NCBI GenBank assembly: GCA_965262115.1
Contig: OZ253496.1
Location: forward strand, 1,344,001 to 1,408,000
From: Nitrospinales bacterium
GTDB taxonomy: Bacteria; Nitrospinota; Nitrospinia; Nitrospinales; VA-1
DNA length: 64,000 bases
Direction of reading: 5' to 3'
In this document: positions 1 through 11,516 of the stretch, in pieces
How positions within the stretch are numbered: position 1 is the stretch's first letter
Layout: every line of letters starts with the position of its first letter
Position numbers and translations under genes: made by a program
The notes under the pieces: generated by a model
What the model was told of the DNA's origin: nothing
Database searches by the model: none
What the model saw: only the letters and a program-made list of their open reading frames with translations

Positions 1-1179
1 GATGCCCATAGGGAGCAAAACTTTTCTCAATAACCAGACACGCTGGAGGTCTTCTTCGGGCAACAGAAGCTCTTCTTTTCGGGTTCCAGAGCGGTTGATA
101 TCGATCGAAGGAAAGGTTCTCTTGTCTGCCAGTTTGCGATCGAGAACAATTTCCAGGTTACCCGTTCCTTTAAATTCTTCGAAAATAACGTCGTCCATGC
201 GGCTTCCCGTGTCAATAAGCGCTGTAGCGATGATGGTCAGGCTTCCGCCTTCCTCCAGATTTCGGGCCGCACCAAAAAATCGCTTGGGCCTCTGCAGGGC
301 ATTGGAATCCACACCACCCGACAAGACCTTGCCGCTGGGAGGAACAATGGCGTTGTAAGCTCGTGCCAAACGGGTGATGCTGTCAAGCAGAATGACCACA
401 TCTCGCTTGTGCTCTACGAGCCGTTTGGCTTTTTCAATGACCATTTCAGCAACCTGCACATGCCTTTGCGCCGGCTCGTCAAAAGTGGAACTGATGACCT
501 CGCCCTTAACGGAACGTTCCATATCAGTCACTTCTTCCGGACGCTCGTCAATGAGCAAAACAATCAATGCGATTTCCGGGAAATTGGTACTGATGCTGTT
601 GGCAATGGACTGCAGCAACATGGTTTTTCCGGTTCTCGGAGGGGCCACGATCAACCCGCGCTGGCCCTTGCCGATGGGGGTCATCAGGTCCATGACCCGG
701 GCACTATAGTCTTTGCCACCTGGCGTCTCCAGCCGGATCCGCTCTTCGGGATACAACGGCGTCAGGTTGTCGAATAAAATTTTGTCCTTGGTCCTATCCG
801 GATTCTCAAAGTTGATCGCCTCCACCTTCAACAGGGCGAAATAACGCTCGCTGTCTTTGGGCGGACGAATCTGCCCGGAAATGGTATCACCGGTACGCAT
901 ATCAAATTTGCGAATCTGCGAGGGCGACACATAAATATCATCAGGACCCGGAAGATAGTTGTAAGTCGGCGCCCGCAGGAAACCAAACCCATCGGGGAGA
1001 ATTTCCAGCACCCCCTGTCCAAACATCAGACCATCCTTTTCAGTCTTGGCTTCCAGAATCCTGAAAATCAGGTCCTGTTTTCTAAGCCCGCTATGGCCCT
1101 GAATCTTCAGATCCTTGGCGATATTGGTGAGTTCGGATATGGTTTTAGACTTGAGTTCTTCTATGTTCATCTGGGTCAT
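1..1179 (-). CDS. rho: Transcription termination factor Rho (3' end runs off the window)
   Basis: Not in the ORF track. Manual translation gives [17 protein letters not shown]...[14 protein letters not shown]...[17 protein letters not shown]...[12 protein letters not shown]...FEEFKGTGN. Start is ATG 1179 or 1170. Confidence 0.97.
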   Translation of the reverse strand, partial: MTQMNIEELKSKTISELTNIAKDLKIQGHSGLRKQDLIFRILEAKTEKDGLMFGQGVLEILPDGFGFLRAPTYNYLPGPDDIYVSPSQIRKFDMRTGDTISGQIRPPKDSERYFALLKVEAINFENPDRTKDKILFDNLTPLYPEERIRLETPGGKDYSARVMDLMTPIGKGQRGLIVAPPRTGKTMLLQSIANSISTNFPEIALIVLLIDERPEEVTDMERSVKGEVISSTFDEPAQRHVQVAEMVIEKAKRLVEHKRDVVILLDSITRLARAYNAIVPPSGKVLSGGVDSNALQRPKRFFGAARNLEEGGSLTIIATALIDTGSRMDDVIFEEFKGTGNLEIVLDRKLADKRTFPSIDINRSGTRKEELLLPEEDLQRVWLLRKVLLPMGI

Positions 1180-1404
1180 GGTTTGTGGCTTCGTTGAGGG
1201 AGATTAGGAATGCTTGTCTCGTAAATAGTTACGCCCTTGGAATGATGCTCAGGTTCAAAGACGGGGAAGATTCAATAATAGTTGGGTGTTTTATAAGATT
1301 GCAGAGTTTGTTCTATGATTAACGGCGAAAGCACGAAAAAATTTAGCTGGATAATTAATTGGTTTTATCAGGGATTTTGTCTTGGGAGCTTTCGGGGCTT
1401 ATCC

Positions 1405-1433
1405 ACTGTATCCAGTTCTCTACTTTTTGTCAA
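1405..1433 (-). promoter_or_regulatory. Putative sigma70 promoter of rho
   Basis: TTGACA-17 nt-TACAGT on the minus strand, about 230 bp upstream of rho. Confidence 0.6.
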
Positions 1434-1689
1434 CTTCTTTTATCCGCAAATTTCTATCCCCTCGGGGCGACCCATATTGCGGACTTCCAGCCCTTCCAAA
1501 ACGCAAGTCAGATATTAGCAAACCTGATCGAGGTGGCATGGGAGGTCCAAACAAAGCAGCTGACTGGGGTTTTTACTACCCTATATTTTCGTTTTTTATT
1601 CGTCTTGCATGTCCGCTAACAATTATTCCTATATGGCTAGCGCCACCATGCCAGGCTCAGTGGGTAATAGCCTCTTAAAAAATTATCCA

Positions 1690-2050
1690 ATGCCTGAATC
1701 ATCAAAATCATTGCTTATATCTTCAAAAGAGTTTGAACCGGCTTACATGAAATTGTTCCGTACCGGCGAGTTGTACCGCCGGTCCCGGCAGGCTCTGCGC
1801 CATCTGGAAAACTGCAAGGTGTGTCCGAGAGATTGCGAAGTCAATCGCCTTGAAGATATCGATACGGGTGTCTGGGGAGATTTTCCGGGTCAGATAGGCC
1901 ATGCTCCGTATCCTCCCTTTCCCCGAAATAGTGAGCGAGAAAAAATATGGCGAGATCAACCGTCGCCCCACTTCCAGCGAGATAGTCACTGCCAAGACCA
2001 CCGCCTGCCAAAAAGGCCTGCACCGCTTCGACCAGCGCTCGCCAGCATGA
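1690..2050 (+). pseudogene. Remnant of a PflX-like radical SAM gene (internal deletion plus a short inversion)
   Basis: N-terminus PAYMKLFRTGEL...LENCKVCPRDCEVNR at 1690-1857. C-terminus VSEKKYGEINRRPTSSE...GLHRFD in another frame at 1931-2050. The radical SAM core is absent. Confidence 0.7.
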
Positions 2051-2353
2051 CGCTGGCCGGGCCTCGCCGGGTGGAAGCCTTTAAACCGCTGCCAACCATT
2101 CATCTCGGCTTGATGAACCATTGCCTTGCCTCCCCTGCTAAGCGGTGTAGCCACCGCTTGGAAATTGCAATGGCCCTTTACTGCTAGCAGCCCCGCGTTC
2201 TCGGCTCAACAGCCTATTGCTGTCTGCCCTCACGGCGAGTGATGGGTTGACTCTGCGGAGTCAACAAGGCAAAATAGCCGTTGATAGAATCTCCCTGAAA
2301 ACCGGATTCACTTCTCTCCAAAAATTTATTCTTAACCCAGTAAGGATGTATTC

Positions 2354-2773
2354 ATGGCAAACAAGACAAAGAGCAAACGAGACGACACCAGCCAGTGCGA
2401 AAAATGCCTTCCGGCTTATTGTTGTAATTATTTTGCGTTTGGAATTGATGAACCTGAGGACCGGCGTGAGTATGAAAGTTTATTGTGGAAGCTCGCGCAC
2501 GAAAATGTTTCTATTTATATCTATCGAAAAGACTGGTACATCATGATCCACAACCGCTGCAATTTTTTAATGCCGGATAACAAGTGCGCTATCTACGAGC
2601 ACCGGCCTTATATGTGCCGCGAACACAGTACGGAATCATGCGAATACACTGGCGACGATTACGGCTTCACCGAGCACTTCAAGAGTTATGACGACCTTTT
2701 GATTTATATCAAGGAAAATACCAACTTCAGGTTTAAGCAGGGACCCACAGGAGTGCCGCCAAACTGCTTGTAA
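2354..2773 (+). CDS. YkgJ-family cysteine-cluster (CxxCxxCC-type) protein
   Basis: CEKCLPAYCC and CNFL...KCAIYEHRPYMCR motifs. Confidence 0.85.
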   Translation: MANKTKSKRDDTSQCEKCLPAYCCNYFAFGIDEPEDRREYESLLWKLAHENVSIYIYRKDWYIMIHNRCNFLMPDNKCAIYEHRPYMCREHSTESCEYTGDDYGFTEHFKSYDDLLIYIKENTNFRFKQGPTGVPPNCL

Positions 2774-2872
2774 TCAGCTGACGTTGTCCGGGCCTCGCCC
2801 GGGGTGGAAGCCTTCTACTGCGGGCAATCGTGGGGGGTCAGCCACCGCGGGCAGGTTGCAATGTGTTGATCT

Positions 2873-2951
2873 TACCCCTTCTACCCGTTCCGGGCATAAA
2901 GTCAGTGGAGAAATATCACAGGCTCATGAAATTTATGGAAGGGATATCACA
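2873..2951 (+). repeat. Two nested copies of the ~40-bp TACCC...ATCACA element
   Basis: Outer TACCCCTTC (2873-2881) + inner unit (2882-2920) + outer remainder (2921-2951). Same architecture at 36704-36782. Confidence 0.8.
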
Positions 2952-2970
2952 GCCCGGCGCCAAGTGGGGA

Positions 2971-3477
2971 TTACTTCTTTTCTTTGGGCTTGTCTTTTTT
3001 AGCGGTTGCTTTTTTGGCCGTTCCTTTTTTGGGTTCGGCTTTCTTTTTATCCGTCACTTTTGGTTGGGTGTCTTTCGCTGCTTTTTTCGGCGCGGCTTTG
3101 GCAGGAGGCTTTACCTCGCCTTCGCGGTCTACCAGCTCGATAAAGGCCATGGGCGCATCATCTCCCTTGCGGTGACCGATACGAATGATCCGGGTATATC
3201 CACCGGGCCGATTAGCATAACGCTCCGCCAGGGGACCAAACACCTTATGCACTGCACCTTTAGCAGGAACCAGCTTGAAAGCCTGGCGACGAGCGTGAAG
3301 CGTACCTCTTTTGCCCAGCGTGATTGTTTTTTCCACCTTGCCCCGCAGTTCTTTAGCTTTCGCCAAAGTGGTGCTGATGCGCTCTCTTTGAATAAGAGCC
3401 CCAACAAGGTTTCTGAACAATGCTTTTCGATGAGCAGAGGTTCGTCCGAATTTTCTACCTGCTTTTAAATGCCGCAT
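2971..3477 (-). CDS. rplQ: 50S ribosomal protein L17 with Lys/Ala-rich C-terminal tail
   Basis: [19 protein letters not shown]...RPGGYTRI; follows rpoA. Confidence 0.98.
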   Translation of the reverse strand: MRHLKAGRKFGRTSAHRKALFRNLVGALIQRERISTTLAKAKELRGKVEKTITLGKRGTLHARRQAFKLVPAKGAVHKVFGPLAERYANRPGGYTRIIRIGHRKGDDAPMAFIELVDREGEVKPPAKAAPKKAAKDTQPKVTDKKKAEPKKGTAKKATAKKDKPKEKK

Positions 3478-3519
3478 GGTTGTTTATCACTCCTGTTATG
3501 ACTTCAACGAGCAGGACTG

Positions 3520-4548
3520 CTACAGCTCGATTTCGGTATCTATTTCTTTTTTCTTCTGGGCTTGAAGGATCTGTTTGAGATCCTCTTCATCGACTTTCAT
3601 TCCCAAATGAAGTCCCATGTCCTCTAAGATTTCCTTGATCTCATTCAGCGATTTACGGCCGAAGTTTCTAGTTTTCAGCATTTCACTATCAGTTTTTTGT
3701 ACCAGTTCGGCAATAGTCTGGATGTTGGCATTTTTAAGACAATTGTAGGAGCGCACCGATAGCTCGAGCTCTTCCACACATTTGGCCATATTGGTCAGCA
3801 CCTTCTGTTTTTTCTCATCCACCTGGGGTTGTACCGGTTCCGGCTCTTCATCAAAATTGATAAAAATCTGCATGTGCTCTTTAACAATCTTGGCGGCATG
3901 TGCCACCGCATCTTCAGGTGTGATGCCTCCATTGGTCCACAATTCCATGACCATAGAATCATAATCTGTCGATTGCCCGACCCGGGTATTCTCGATATGA
4001 TAGGTGATCTTTTCGATCGGGGAAAAACTGGAATCCACAGGGATCATCTGCACCGATTCATTTTCAATGTTGTGCCGGTCGGCAGGAACATAGCCCCGAC
4101 CTTTTCTCACAATAATCTCCATTTCCACCTCACCGTTTTGGTCGATGGTGAGAATGGGAAGATCGGGATTCAGCACCTCCACATCCGGGTCAGCCGTGAT
4201 ATCTTTGGCACAAATGGTGCCCGATTTCGAGGCTTTGATATAAACCCGTTTAGAGTCCGCTTCACCGGTCAGCTTGAGGTTGACCTGTTTAAGGTTGAGG
4301 ACAATTTCCGTAACATCTTCAACCACACCTGGAATGGAGGAAAACTCGTGAAAGATTCCCTCAAACTTTACGGCCACAATGGCGGCCCCTTCAATGGATG
4401 ACAACAGCATCCTTCTTAGAGAGTTGCCAATGGTCACTCCATATCCGCGTTCGAAAGGACCCGCGCTGAGTTTACCGTAGTATTCCGACTTATTTTTCTT
4501 ATCAAATTCTAATCGCTTGGGTTTAACGATTCCCTGGGCTGTGAACAT
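3520..4548 (-). CDS. rpoA: RNA polymerase alpha subunit
   Basis: [16 protein letters not shown] and [12 protein letters not shown]...[10 protein letters not shown]. Confidence 0.99.
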   Translation of the reverse strand: MFTAQGIVKPKRLEFDKKNKSEYYGKLSAGPFERGYGVTIGNSLRRMLLSSIEGAAIVAVKFEGIFHEFSSIPGVVEDVTEIVLNLKQVNLKLTGEADSKRVYIKASKSGTICAKDITADPDVEVLNPDLPILTIDQNGEVEMEIIVRKGRGYVPADRHNIENESVQMIPVDSSFSPIEKITYHIENTRVGQSTDYDSMVMELWTNGGITPEDAVAHAAKIVKEHMQIFINFDEEPEPVQPQVDEKKQKVLTNMAKCVEELELSVRSYNCLKNANIQTIAELVQKTDSEMLKTRNFGRKSLNEIKEILEDMGLHLGMKVDEEDLKQILQAQKKKEIDTEIEL

Positions 4549-4622
4549 GAATCCTCCGACCTCTTGATTGGGGTCTTAAACAGTTTTTAATTAGTTTCTT
4601 GTGATGTGGATCAAGTCCAGTT

Positions 4623-5249
4623 TTAGCGTGAGTAGAGTTCGACGATCAACTGCTCCTCAATCGGCATAGTTACATGCTCTCTTGCAGGCAAGGCCTGGAC
4701 AACACCCTGCTTGCTATCCGCATCAAACGATAGCCAATCCGGCAGGGGTTTTTCCTTAATATTCTCAATCGCTTTTTTAACCGGCGCTTTTTTCACCTTA
4801 TTGGGATTCAGAGCTATCGTATCTCCCTGCCCAAGAGCATAGGAGGGGATATTCATCTTTTTCCCATTAACGGTAAAGTGGCCGTGGCTAACCAACTGGC
4901 GGGCTGTACTCCTGGATGAGGCCAGTCCCATCCTATAAATAACATTATCCATCCGCAACTCTAAATTTTGCAGAAGGTTTTCACCGGTGACACCTTTTTT
5001 CTTATCTGCCGCAAAAAAGTAATTACGAAATTGCTTTTCCAGTACGCCGTAAATCCGCTTTACTTTTTGCTTTTCACGAAGCTGCACCCCATATTCCGAG
5101 AACTTCTTCCTGCCTTGGCCATGCTGGCCTGGCGGGTACGGTCTTTTTTCTATAGCGCATTTTGCCGTCTCGCAACGGGAACCTTTTAAATATAATTTTA
5201 TGCCTTCTCGCCGACAAAGTCGGCAAACAGAACCTGTATACCTGGCCAA
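4623..5249 (-). CDS. rpsD: 30S ribosomal protein S4 (Cys-containing, Zn-binding type)
   Basis: [16 protein letters not shown]...LREKQK...[11 protein letters not shown] start. Confidence 0.99.
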   Translation of the reverse strand: MARYTGSVCRLCRREGIKLYLKGSRCETAKCAIEKRPYPPGQHGQGRKKFSEYGVQLREKQKVKRIYGVLEKQFRNYFFAADKKKGVTGENLLQNLELRMDNVIYRMGLASSRSTARQLVSHGHFTVNGKKMNIPSYALGQGDTIALNPNKVKKAPVKKAIENIKEKPLPDWLSFDADSKQGVVQALPAREHVTMPIEEQLIVELYSR

Positions 5250-5278
5250 ATTCAGCTTCTCCTTTCGGTTTTGCGCAA

Positions 5279-5668
5279 TTAAACCCTACGGCGTTTTCTT
5301 GGGCGGCAACCATTGTGCGGAATCGGGGTCTTGTCACGAATAACAAGAACTTCCATTCCCGCAGCCTGCAAAGATCGTATTGCGGACTCTCGTCCCGATC
5401 CAGGGCCTTTAACATGGACCTCCAGTTTTTTCATTCCCATATCCCGTGCTTTGACAGCGGCTTTGTCGGCCGCCACCTGTGCTGCAAACGGGGTACTTTT
5501 TCTTGAGCCTTTAAAGCCCTGAGCACCAGCGCTGGACCAGGACACCACATTCCCGGACATGTCGGAAATGGTGACAATAGTATTATTGAACGTGGCCTGA
5601 ATATGGGCCACCCCTACTTCCGGCACCGTCTTTTGCCTTTTTTTACCGCTTTTTGCTTTTTTATCCAT
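5279..5668 (-). CDS. rpsK: 30S ribosomal protein S11
   Basis: [13 protein letters not shown]...[13 protein letters not shown]...PHNGCRP. Confidence 0.99.
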   Translation of the reverse strand: MDKKAKSGKKRQKTVPEVGVAHIQATFNNTIVTISDMSGNVVSWSSAGAQGFKGSRKSTPFAAQVAADKAAVKARDMGMKKLEVHVKGPGSGRESAIRSLQAAGMEVLVIRDKTPIPHNGCRPRKRRRV

Positions 5669-5680
5669 TAATCTTTATCC

Positions 5681-6052
5681 TTATTTTTTTGCTCGTGCGC
5701 CCACAGTTTTCTTGGGGCCTTTTCGGGTTCTGCCGTTGGTGTGCGTTCTTTGCCCTCTGACCGGCAACCATTTACGATGGCGAAGCCCTCTATAGGCACC
5801 TATGTCCATCAAACGTTTAATGTTCATGCTGACATTGCGTCTCAAGTCACCTTCTACTTCGTAATCTTTATCGATAACACTACGGATTCGGGTCACCTCT
5901 TCTTCGGTCAGGTCCTTCATTCTGATTTCTTCCCCAACCTGGGCTTTTTTCAGGATATCCCGGGAAATATTTGGCCCCACTCCATATATGTAGGTCAGGG
6001 CGATTCTTGCCTGTTTATCCTTGGGAATATCTACACCCGCTATTCTTGCCAC
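5681..6052 (-). CDS. rpsM: 30S ribosomal protein S13
   Basis: [10 protein letters not shown]...LTYIYGVG...LPVRGQRT. Confidence 0.99.
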   Translation of the reverse strand: MARIAGVDIPKDKQARIALTYIYGVGPNISRDILKKAQVGEEIRMKDLTEEEVTRIRSVIDKDYEVEGDLRRNVSMNIKRLMDIGAYRGLRHRKWLPVRGQRTHTNGRTRKGPKKTVGARAKK

Positions 6053-6070
6053 TGCTTCTCCTTTAGGAAA

Positions 6071-6184
6071 TTAACCCTGTCGTTGCTTATGCTTCGGGTT
6101 CTCACAAATAACCCGCACAACTCCACGACGGCGGATGACTTTGCATTTTATACAAATTGGCTTGACCGATGCCCTGACTTTCAT
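6071..6184 (-). CDS. rpmJ: 50S ribosomal protein L36
   Basis: Below the ORF-track cutoff. Manual translation: [37 protein letters not shown]. Confidence 0.98.
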   Translation of the reverse strand: MKVRASVKPICIKCKVIRRRGVVRVICENPKHKQRQG

Positions 6185-6199
6185 GGTTCCATCCTCTTT

Positions 6200-6418
6200 T
6201 TATTTATACCGATAGGTGATCCGTCCCCGGGTCAAATCATAAGGAGAAAGTTGCACCTTCACCTTATCTCCGGACAGGATACGGATAAAATGCATCCGCA
6301 TTTTCCCGGATATATGGGCCAGCACCTTATGGCCGTTATCCAACTCCACCCGAAACATCGCGTTCGGCAATGGTTCAAGTATGGTGCCTTCTACTTCTAT
6401 AGATTCTTCTTTAGACAT
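6200..6418 (-). CDS. infA: Translation initiation factor IF-1
   Basis: [25 protein letters not shown]...[11 protein letters not shown]. Confidence 0.99.
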   Translation of the reverse strand: MSKEESIEVEGTILEPLPNAMFRVELDNGHKVLAHISGKMRMHFIRILSGDKVKVQLSPYDLTRGRITYRYK

Positions 6419-6421
6419 CCG

Positions 6422-7063
6422 TTACTTTACCATTTCTAAAACGCGGGAAAAAATTTCTTCTACAGACCCTCTAGCTGTTACTGTTTTCAAATTCCCCTGT
6501 TTCTTATAAAATTCTTTTAAGGGCGCGGTGGACTTCTGATAAACCTCCAGCCGCTTCAAAATCGTATCCTTATTATCGTCCTGCCTCTGGGCCAAGGTAG
6601 CACCGCAACCGTCACAAACCCCCGAAACTTTTGGAGGTCGAGATTCTTCATGAAACATGGCACCACAATCCGGGCAGGTGCTTCGTCCGGTCAACCGGCT
6701 GATCACCTCTTTAGAATCAACTTCCAGATCCACCACATTGTCAATCGTCAAGCCCATTTCGGTCAATGTTTCCGAAAGCTTTTCGGCCTGAACGATGGTC
6801 CGTGGAAACCCATCCAGGATAAATCCTGTTTCACAATCGGCCTGCTTGATACGTTCCTTTATCAAGCCGATCACTACATCATCTGGAACCAGTTGACCCA
6901 CATCCATAAACGATTTGGCCTGAATGCCCAGCTTCGTATTATCCTTAACCGCCTGCCTCAAAATATCACCGGTGGATATCTGCGGGACCTGAAATTTTTC
7001 TTTCAGAATTTTAGCCTGGGTGCCTTTGCCGGCTCCCGGCGGGCCTAAAATAATCAATCTCAT
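6422..7063 (-). CDS. adk: Adenylate kinase (Zn-lid type)
   Basis: GPPGAGKGTQA, ISTGDILR, LDGFPRT and a CPDC...CDGC lid. Confidence 0.98.
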   Translation of the reverse strand: MRLIILGPPGAGKGTQAKILKEKFQVPQISTGDILRQAVKDNTKLGIQAKSFMDVGQLVPDDVVIGLIKERIKQADCETGFILDGFPRTIVQAEKLSETLTEMGLTIDNVVDLEVDSKEVISRLTGRSTCPDCGAMFHEESRPPKVSGVCDGCGATLAQRQDDNKDTILKRLEVYQKSTAPLKEFYKKQGNLKTVTARGSVEEIFSRVLEMVK

Positions 7064-7066
7064 CAA

Positions 7067-8383
7067 TCAGCCTCTTCGGCTTTTCAATCGCCCCTTTTTC
7101 ATAAAACCGTCGTAATTTCTCATGACCAGGTGAGACTCAATTTGCTGCATAGTATCCAAAGAAACACCCACAACGATCAACAGGCTTGTTCCACCAAAGT
7201 AAAAGGGGATGTTAAAGTATTTTATCAAATAGTCCGGCAAAATACAGACTAAAGAAAGATACATGGCCCCATAAAACGTGATCCTTGAAAGGATCGTGTC
7301 GATGTATTCGGAAGTCTTGGCTCCCGGCCTGATTCCCGGCACAAACCCCCCATGCTTTTTCATATTGTCCGCCACATCAACCGGGTTGAAAATGACGGCT
7401 GTATAGAAATAGCAAAAGAAAAATATCGCTCCAACAAAAATCAGACTGTACACAATGGTTCCAGGGGTCAACAGCGCCGAAACCGTCTGCATCCACGGAT
7501 GACTGATAAACTGAGCAATCGTCGCTGGGAACATGATGATGGACGAAGCAAAAATCGGCGGGATAACCCCCGACGTATTGACCTTCAAAGGCAAATGCGT
7601 TGCCTGCCCACCCATCATTTTCCGACCCACCACCCGTTTCGCGTATTGGATCGGAATCCTGCGTTGCCCTCCTTCCGTAAAAACGATGACCCCAACCACC
7701 ACAACCATCAAAACCAGAAGGAACAACATAACGAGCACCGACATTTCGCCCGTACCCATCAAATCCATCGACTGAAAAATTGCCGCCGGAGTTCCGGCAA
7801 CAATTCCGGAAAAAATAATCAGGGAAATTCCATTCCCGATCCCCCGCTCGGTAATCTGCTCACCCAACCACATCAAAAAACAAGTTCCAGCGGTCAGGGT
7901 CAAAACCGTCATCATTCGGAACGACCAACCCGGTTCATGGACAATCATTCCCCCGCTCGGGCTTTTCATTGCTTCCAGTCCCACAGCGATGCCGGAACCC
8001 TGAATTGTACTCAGCACCACCGTTCCATACCGGGTGTACTGGGTAATTTTTTTCTGCCCCTGCTCCCCTTCCTTTTTCAATCTTGCCAGGGTGGGAGAAA
8101 CAATCGTCATCAACTGCAGGATGATCGATGAGCTGATATAGGGCATGATGCCCAACGCAAATATCGTCAACCGGCTCAATGCGCCGCCGGAGAACATATC
8201 GAAAAACCCCAGGATAGTGCCCTGGGCCCGAGCAAACAATTCTGCCAACGCCACAGAGTTGATTCCCGGAGTCGGAATATGAGCACCGATCCGATAAACA
8301 ACTATAAGTGCAAGCGTGAAAAGAATCCGTTTTTTTAGCTCAGGCACACGAAAAATATTGCCAAAACTCTCAGCGCCGCTCAT
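7067..8383 (-). CDS. secY: Preprotein translocase subunit SecY
   Basis: [38 protein letters not shown]. Confidence 0.99.
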   Translation of the reverse strand: MSGAESFGNIFRVPELKKRILFTLALIVVYRIGAHIPTPGINSVALAELFARAQGTILGFFDMFSGGALSRLTIFALGIMPYISSSIILQLMTIVSPTLARLKKEGEQGQKKITQYTRYGTVVLSTIQGSGIAVGLEAMKSPSGGMIVHEPGWSFRMMTVLTLTAGTCFLMWLGEQITERGIGNGISLIIFSGIVAGTPAAIFQSMDLMGTGEMSVLVMLFLLVLMVVVVGVIVFTEGGQRRIPIQYAKRVVGRKMMGGQATHLPLKVNTSGVIPPIFASSIIMFPATIAQFISHPWMQTVSALLTPGTIVYSLIFVGAIFFFCYFYTAVIFNPVDVADNMKKHGGFVPGIRPGAKTSEYIDTILSRITFYGAMYLSLVCILPDYLIKYFNIPFYFGGTSLLIVVGVSLDTMQQIESHLVMRNYDGFMKKGRLKSRRG

Positions 8384-8818
8384 TTAGAGGCTAACAGCCT
8401 TTCCCCCGGATTTTTCAATTTTGGCTTGCGCCGAGCCGCTGAATTTATGTGCGTGAACATTTAACGATTCCTTCAACTCGCCGCATCCTAGAATTTTCAC
8501 CAATCCGGTTTTTTTGATCAACCCCTTTTCCTTCATCACTTCCGGGGTCACCGGGTCAGCCCCGGCACAGCGAGCCAAATCGCTCACATTAACGATTTCA
8601 AACTGTTTCTTAAAGATATTGGTAAACCCACGCTTGGGCAACCTCCGTTGAAGCGGCATCTGCCCACCCTCAAACCACGGGTGTGGACTTCCGCCTGAAC
8701 GAGACTTCTGCCCCTTCTGTCCCCTGCCAGAAGTTTTTCCGGTCCCGGAGCCAATGCCACGGCCTATCCGCTTTCTATCTTTTCGGTCCGGTCCCTTCAA
8801 ATTTGATAAATGCAACAT
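8384..8818 (-). CDS. rplO: 50S ribosomal protein L15
   Basis: [24 protein letters not shown]...[17 protein letters not shown]. Confidence 0.99.
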   Translation of the reverse strand: MLHLSNLKGPDRKDRKRIGRGIGSGTGKTSGRGQKGQKSRSGGSPHPWFEGGQMPLQRRLPKRGFTNIFKKQFEIVNVSDLARCAGADPVTPEVMKEKGLIKKTGLVKILGCGELKESLNVHAHKFSGSAQAKIEKSGGKAVSL

Positions 8819-8847
8819 TCTTAATCCTCAGTAAAATTCGGGGCCCA

Positions 8848-9333
8848 TTATTTGCCGCGCATGCGGGCACATTCTTTTGCGTCGCGCAAAACGGTCAATC
8901 CTTGAATGGTCGCCTTGACCACGTTATGCGGGTTATTGGTGCGCAAACATTTGGTCAAAATATCGCGAACACCAACCGCCTCCAGAACCGCGCGGACAGC
9001 GCCACCCGCTATTAGACCGGTACCTCGTGACGCCGGCTTCATTAAGACCCGGCCCGACCCATAAGCCCCTATCACTTCATGGGGGATGGAAGAACCCTCG
9101 AGACTCACTGTTACCATGGCCCTCTTGGCTTTTTCCATGCCTTTGCGTATTGCTTCAGGAACTTCATTGGCTTTTCCCAAACCCCAGCCAATCTTGCCAT
9201 CCCGATTGCCAACCACCACCAGCGCACTGAAGCTGAAACGGCGACCGCCTTTCACAACCTTGGCTACACGGTTGATTTTGACAACCTTATCAACAAAATC
9301 TGTGGGTTTTTCCTGGTCCCGTTGTCGCAACAC
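8848..9333 (-). CDS. rpsE: 30S ribosomal protein S5
   Basis: [23 protein letters not shown]...GTGLIAGG. Confidence 0.99.
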   Translation of the reverse strand: MLRQRDQEKPTDFVDKVVKINRVAKVVKGGRRFSFSALVVVGNRDGKIGWGLGKANEVPEAIRKGMEKAKRAMVTVSLEGSSIPHEVIGAYGSGRVLMKPASRGTGLIAGGAVRAVLEAVGVRDILTKCLRTNNPHNVVKATIQGLTVLRDAKECARMRGK

Positions 9334-9351
9334 TTCCTCCTGCGTTATGGA

Positions 9352-9717
9352 TTAAAATTTTATTCCTTTTTCCCGAACCGCATCGGCCAAAGCCTTGACG
9401 CGCCCGGCGTACAAAAATCCGTTGCGGTCGTAATAAACTTCTTTGATGCCCTTGGCTGCCGCCGCTTCACCGACGAGAGAACCCACCAACGTTGCTGCTT
9501 TGAGGTTGCCTCCGGTCTTCATCTGCTCTTTGAAGTTTGGCGAAAGTGTTGACATTGCCACAAGGGTTTTACCTTCATTGTCATCGACAATTTGAGCGTA
9601 TATATGTTTTGTGCTTCGGAACACTGTCAACCGGGGTCGGCTCGTTTGTTTCTGTACTTTGAGCCTAATCCTTCTTTTTCTTTGCAGTCGCAGTCGTTCC
9701 CGTTCAGAGGTTTTCAT
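9352..9717 (-). CDS. rplR: 50S ribosomal protein L18
   Basis: [16 protein letters not shown]...[16 protein letters not shown]. Start moved to ATG 9717 because the longer ORF overlaps rplF. Confidence 0.97.
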   Translation of the reverse strand: MKTSERERLRLQRKRRIRLKVQKQTSRPRLTVFRSTKHIYAQIVDDNEGKTLVAMSTLSPNFKEQMKTGGNLKAATLVGSLVGEAAAAKGIKEVYYDRNGFLYAGRVKALADAVREKGIKF

Positions 9718-9721
9718 AAAA

Positions 9722-10270
9722 TTATCCTTTTGCCGCTGCCGCTTTACCGGCTTTTCTGCGTATTCTTTCCGTGGAGTACATGACCCCTTTTCCCTTATAA
9801 GGTTCCGGCGGACGGAAACTGCGGATCTCCGCGGCGGTTTGCCCAACCCGTTCCTTATTGGTTCCTTTTATAACAATCGTATTTTTTTTATTGTCCACAT
9901 CAAACTCAATACCTTCAGGTGCCGGGTAGTTGATCGCATGCGAATGCCCAAGGTTTAAAACCAGGTTCTTACCCTTGAGATCCACTTTATAACCCACTCC
10001 GACAATATTGAGTTGCTTGGAGTAACCATCCGTAACCCCTACCACCATATTATTGATCAGGGTACGCGTCAGCCCATGCAGGGAACGATCCAGCCTTCCG
10101 TCAGTCGGCCGAATCACGCTCACCACGCTATCCTTCAACTCAATCTTCATATTGGGATGCAAGTCGCGCTGCAACTGTCCTTTGGGTCCTTTTACTGCCA
10201 CGTTTGACCCGTTGACTTTTAAATCTACCCCGGAGGGTATATTGATCGGCTTTCTTCCAATTCGAGACAT
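9722..10270 (-). CDS. rplF: 50S ribosomal protein L6
   Basis: MSRIGRKPI...[10 protein letters not shown]. Confidence 0.99.
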   Translation of the reverse strand: MSRIGRKPINIPSGVDLKVNGSNVAVKGPKGQLQRDLHPNMKIELKDSVVSVIRPTDGRLDRSLHGLTRTLINNMVVGVTDGYSKQLNIVGVGYKVDLKGKNLVLNLGHSHAINYPAPEGIEFDVDNKKNTIVIKGTNKERVGQTAAEIRSFRPPEPYKGKGVMYSTERIRRKAGKAAAAKG

Positions 10271-10353
10271 ATTAACGCTTCTATAAAATGTCGGTTTTAA
10301 TTAAATATCAGTTTCTACCAGGGAGGATTAATTCCCACAAGAGTCTTAGGGAT

Positions 10354-10746
10354 TTACCAGATGTGACCCAGCACTTCTCCCCCAACCCCTTTTTCCCTGC
10401 ATTCATGATCGGTCATCACCCCCGAAGAGGTGGACAGGATGGCAAGCCCCAGTCCGTTAAGAACCTTGGGGATCGCGTCCCGCTTGACATAGTTTCGCCG
10501 CCCGGGTTTACTGATTCGCTTGATCCCGCGAATCACCGACTGGTCATCTTTATATTTCAAATACACCCGGATGATCCCTTGCAAATTATCATCATAGATC
10601 CGTAAATTTTTGATATAACCCTCGTCCTTCAAAATCTCCACGATACGGGCTTTCATTTTTGAGCCGGGGACATCAATCCTCGGATGTCTGACCATCAACC
10701 CGTTTCGAATACGGGTAAACAGATCAGCGATGGGATCGGTCATCAT
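10354..10746 (-). CDS. rpsH: 30S ribosomal protein S8
   Basis: [14 protein letters not shown]...RISKPGRR...STSSGV...GGEVL. Confidence 0.99.
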   Translation of the reverse strand: MMTDPIADLFTRIRNGLMVRHPRIDVPGSKMKARIVEILKDEGYIKNLRIYDDNLQGIIRVYLKYKDDQSVIRGIKRISKPGRRNYVKRDAIPKVLNGLGLAILSTSSGVMTDHECREKGVGGEVLGHIW

Positions 10747-10783
10747 GTGGAACTATACTCCCAAAAAAAATAATTACATTAAA

Positions 10784-10969
10784 CTACCAACTCGCCTTGG
10801 TAACACCTGGGATTTCACCGCGTAAGGCTCTTTCCCGAAAACAAATCCGGCACATGCCGAATTTACGGAGAAACGCACGCGGCCTGCCGCAAATGTGACA
10901 CCGATTATACTGGCGCACCTTAAATTTCTGTTCCCGCTTCGCCTTGGCGACTAGTGATTTCTTTGCCAT
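10784..10969 (-). CDS. rpsN: 30S ribosomal protein S14, short Zn-binding type
   Basis: 61 aa; RCHICGRPR...CRICFR...PGVTKASW. Confidence 0.98.
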   Translation of the reverse strand: MAKKSLVAKAKREQKFKVRQYNRCHICGRPRAFLRKFGMCRICFRERALRGEIPGVTKASW

Positions 10970-10975
10970 ATTCCT

Positions 10976-11515
10976 TTACTTTCTAATCGGTAGTCCCATA
11001 TGGGTCAACAAACACCGGCCCTGCTCATCATTTTGCGCTGAGGTGGTGATCGTGATATTCATTCCCTTTACCTTCTCAATCTTATCAAACTCAATTTCCG
11101 GGAAGATCAATTGCTCTTTAATCCCAATCGTGTAGTTGCCTCGCCCATCGAACGCCTTGGGAGGCAAACCCTTAAAATCTCGAACCCTGGGAAGCGCGAA
11201 CGAGACCAACCGCTCATAAAACTCATACATCCTTTTTCCTCTGAGGGTTACTTTAAGGCCGATGGAAACCCCCTCCCGTAATTTAAAATTGGAAATGGAT
11301 TTTTTCGCTTTGGTGATTATGGGATGTTGCCCGGTAATCACGCGCAACTGATCGATTCCCGACTCGATCAATTTGGAGTTCTGCAATGCCTCACCCAACC
11401 CCATATTGACAGTAATCTTTGTCATCTTGGGAGCCTGCATCACGTTACCAAGACCCAACTCCTTTTGGATGACGGCTTGATGTTTTTCAAAATAGGCTGT
11501 CTTCAAATTTGCCAT
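10976..11515 (-). CDS. rplE: 50S ribosomal protein L5
   Basis: KITVNMGLG...FKLREG...LPRVRDFKG...FDGRGNY; start set to ATG 11515. Confidence 0.98.
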   Translation of the reverse strand: MANLKTAYFEKHQAVIQKELGLGNVMQAPKMTKITVNMGLGEALQNSKLIESGIDQLRVITGQHPIITKAKKSISNFKLREGVSIGLKVTLRGKRMYEFYERLVSFALPRVRDFKGLPPKAFDGRGNYTIGIKEQLIFPEIEFDKIEKVKGMNITITTSAQNDEQGRCLLTHMGLPIRK

Positions 11516-11516
11516 G

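Noticed and set aside
1609..2187. 192-aa ORF as an intact protein
   Set aside because: It is a chimera of the PflX-like N-terminus, an inverted fragment, off-frame sequence and repeats.
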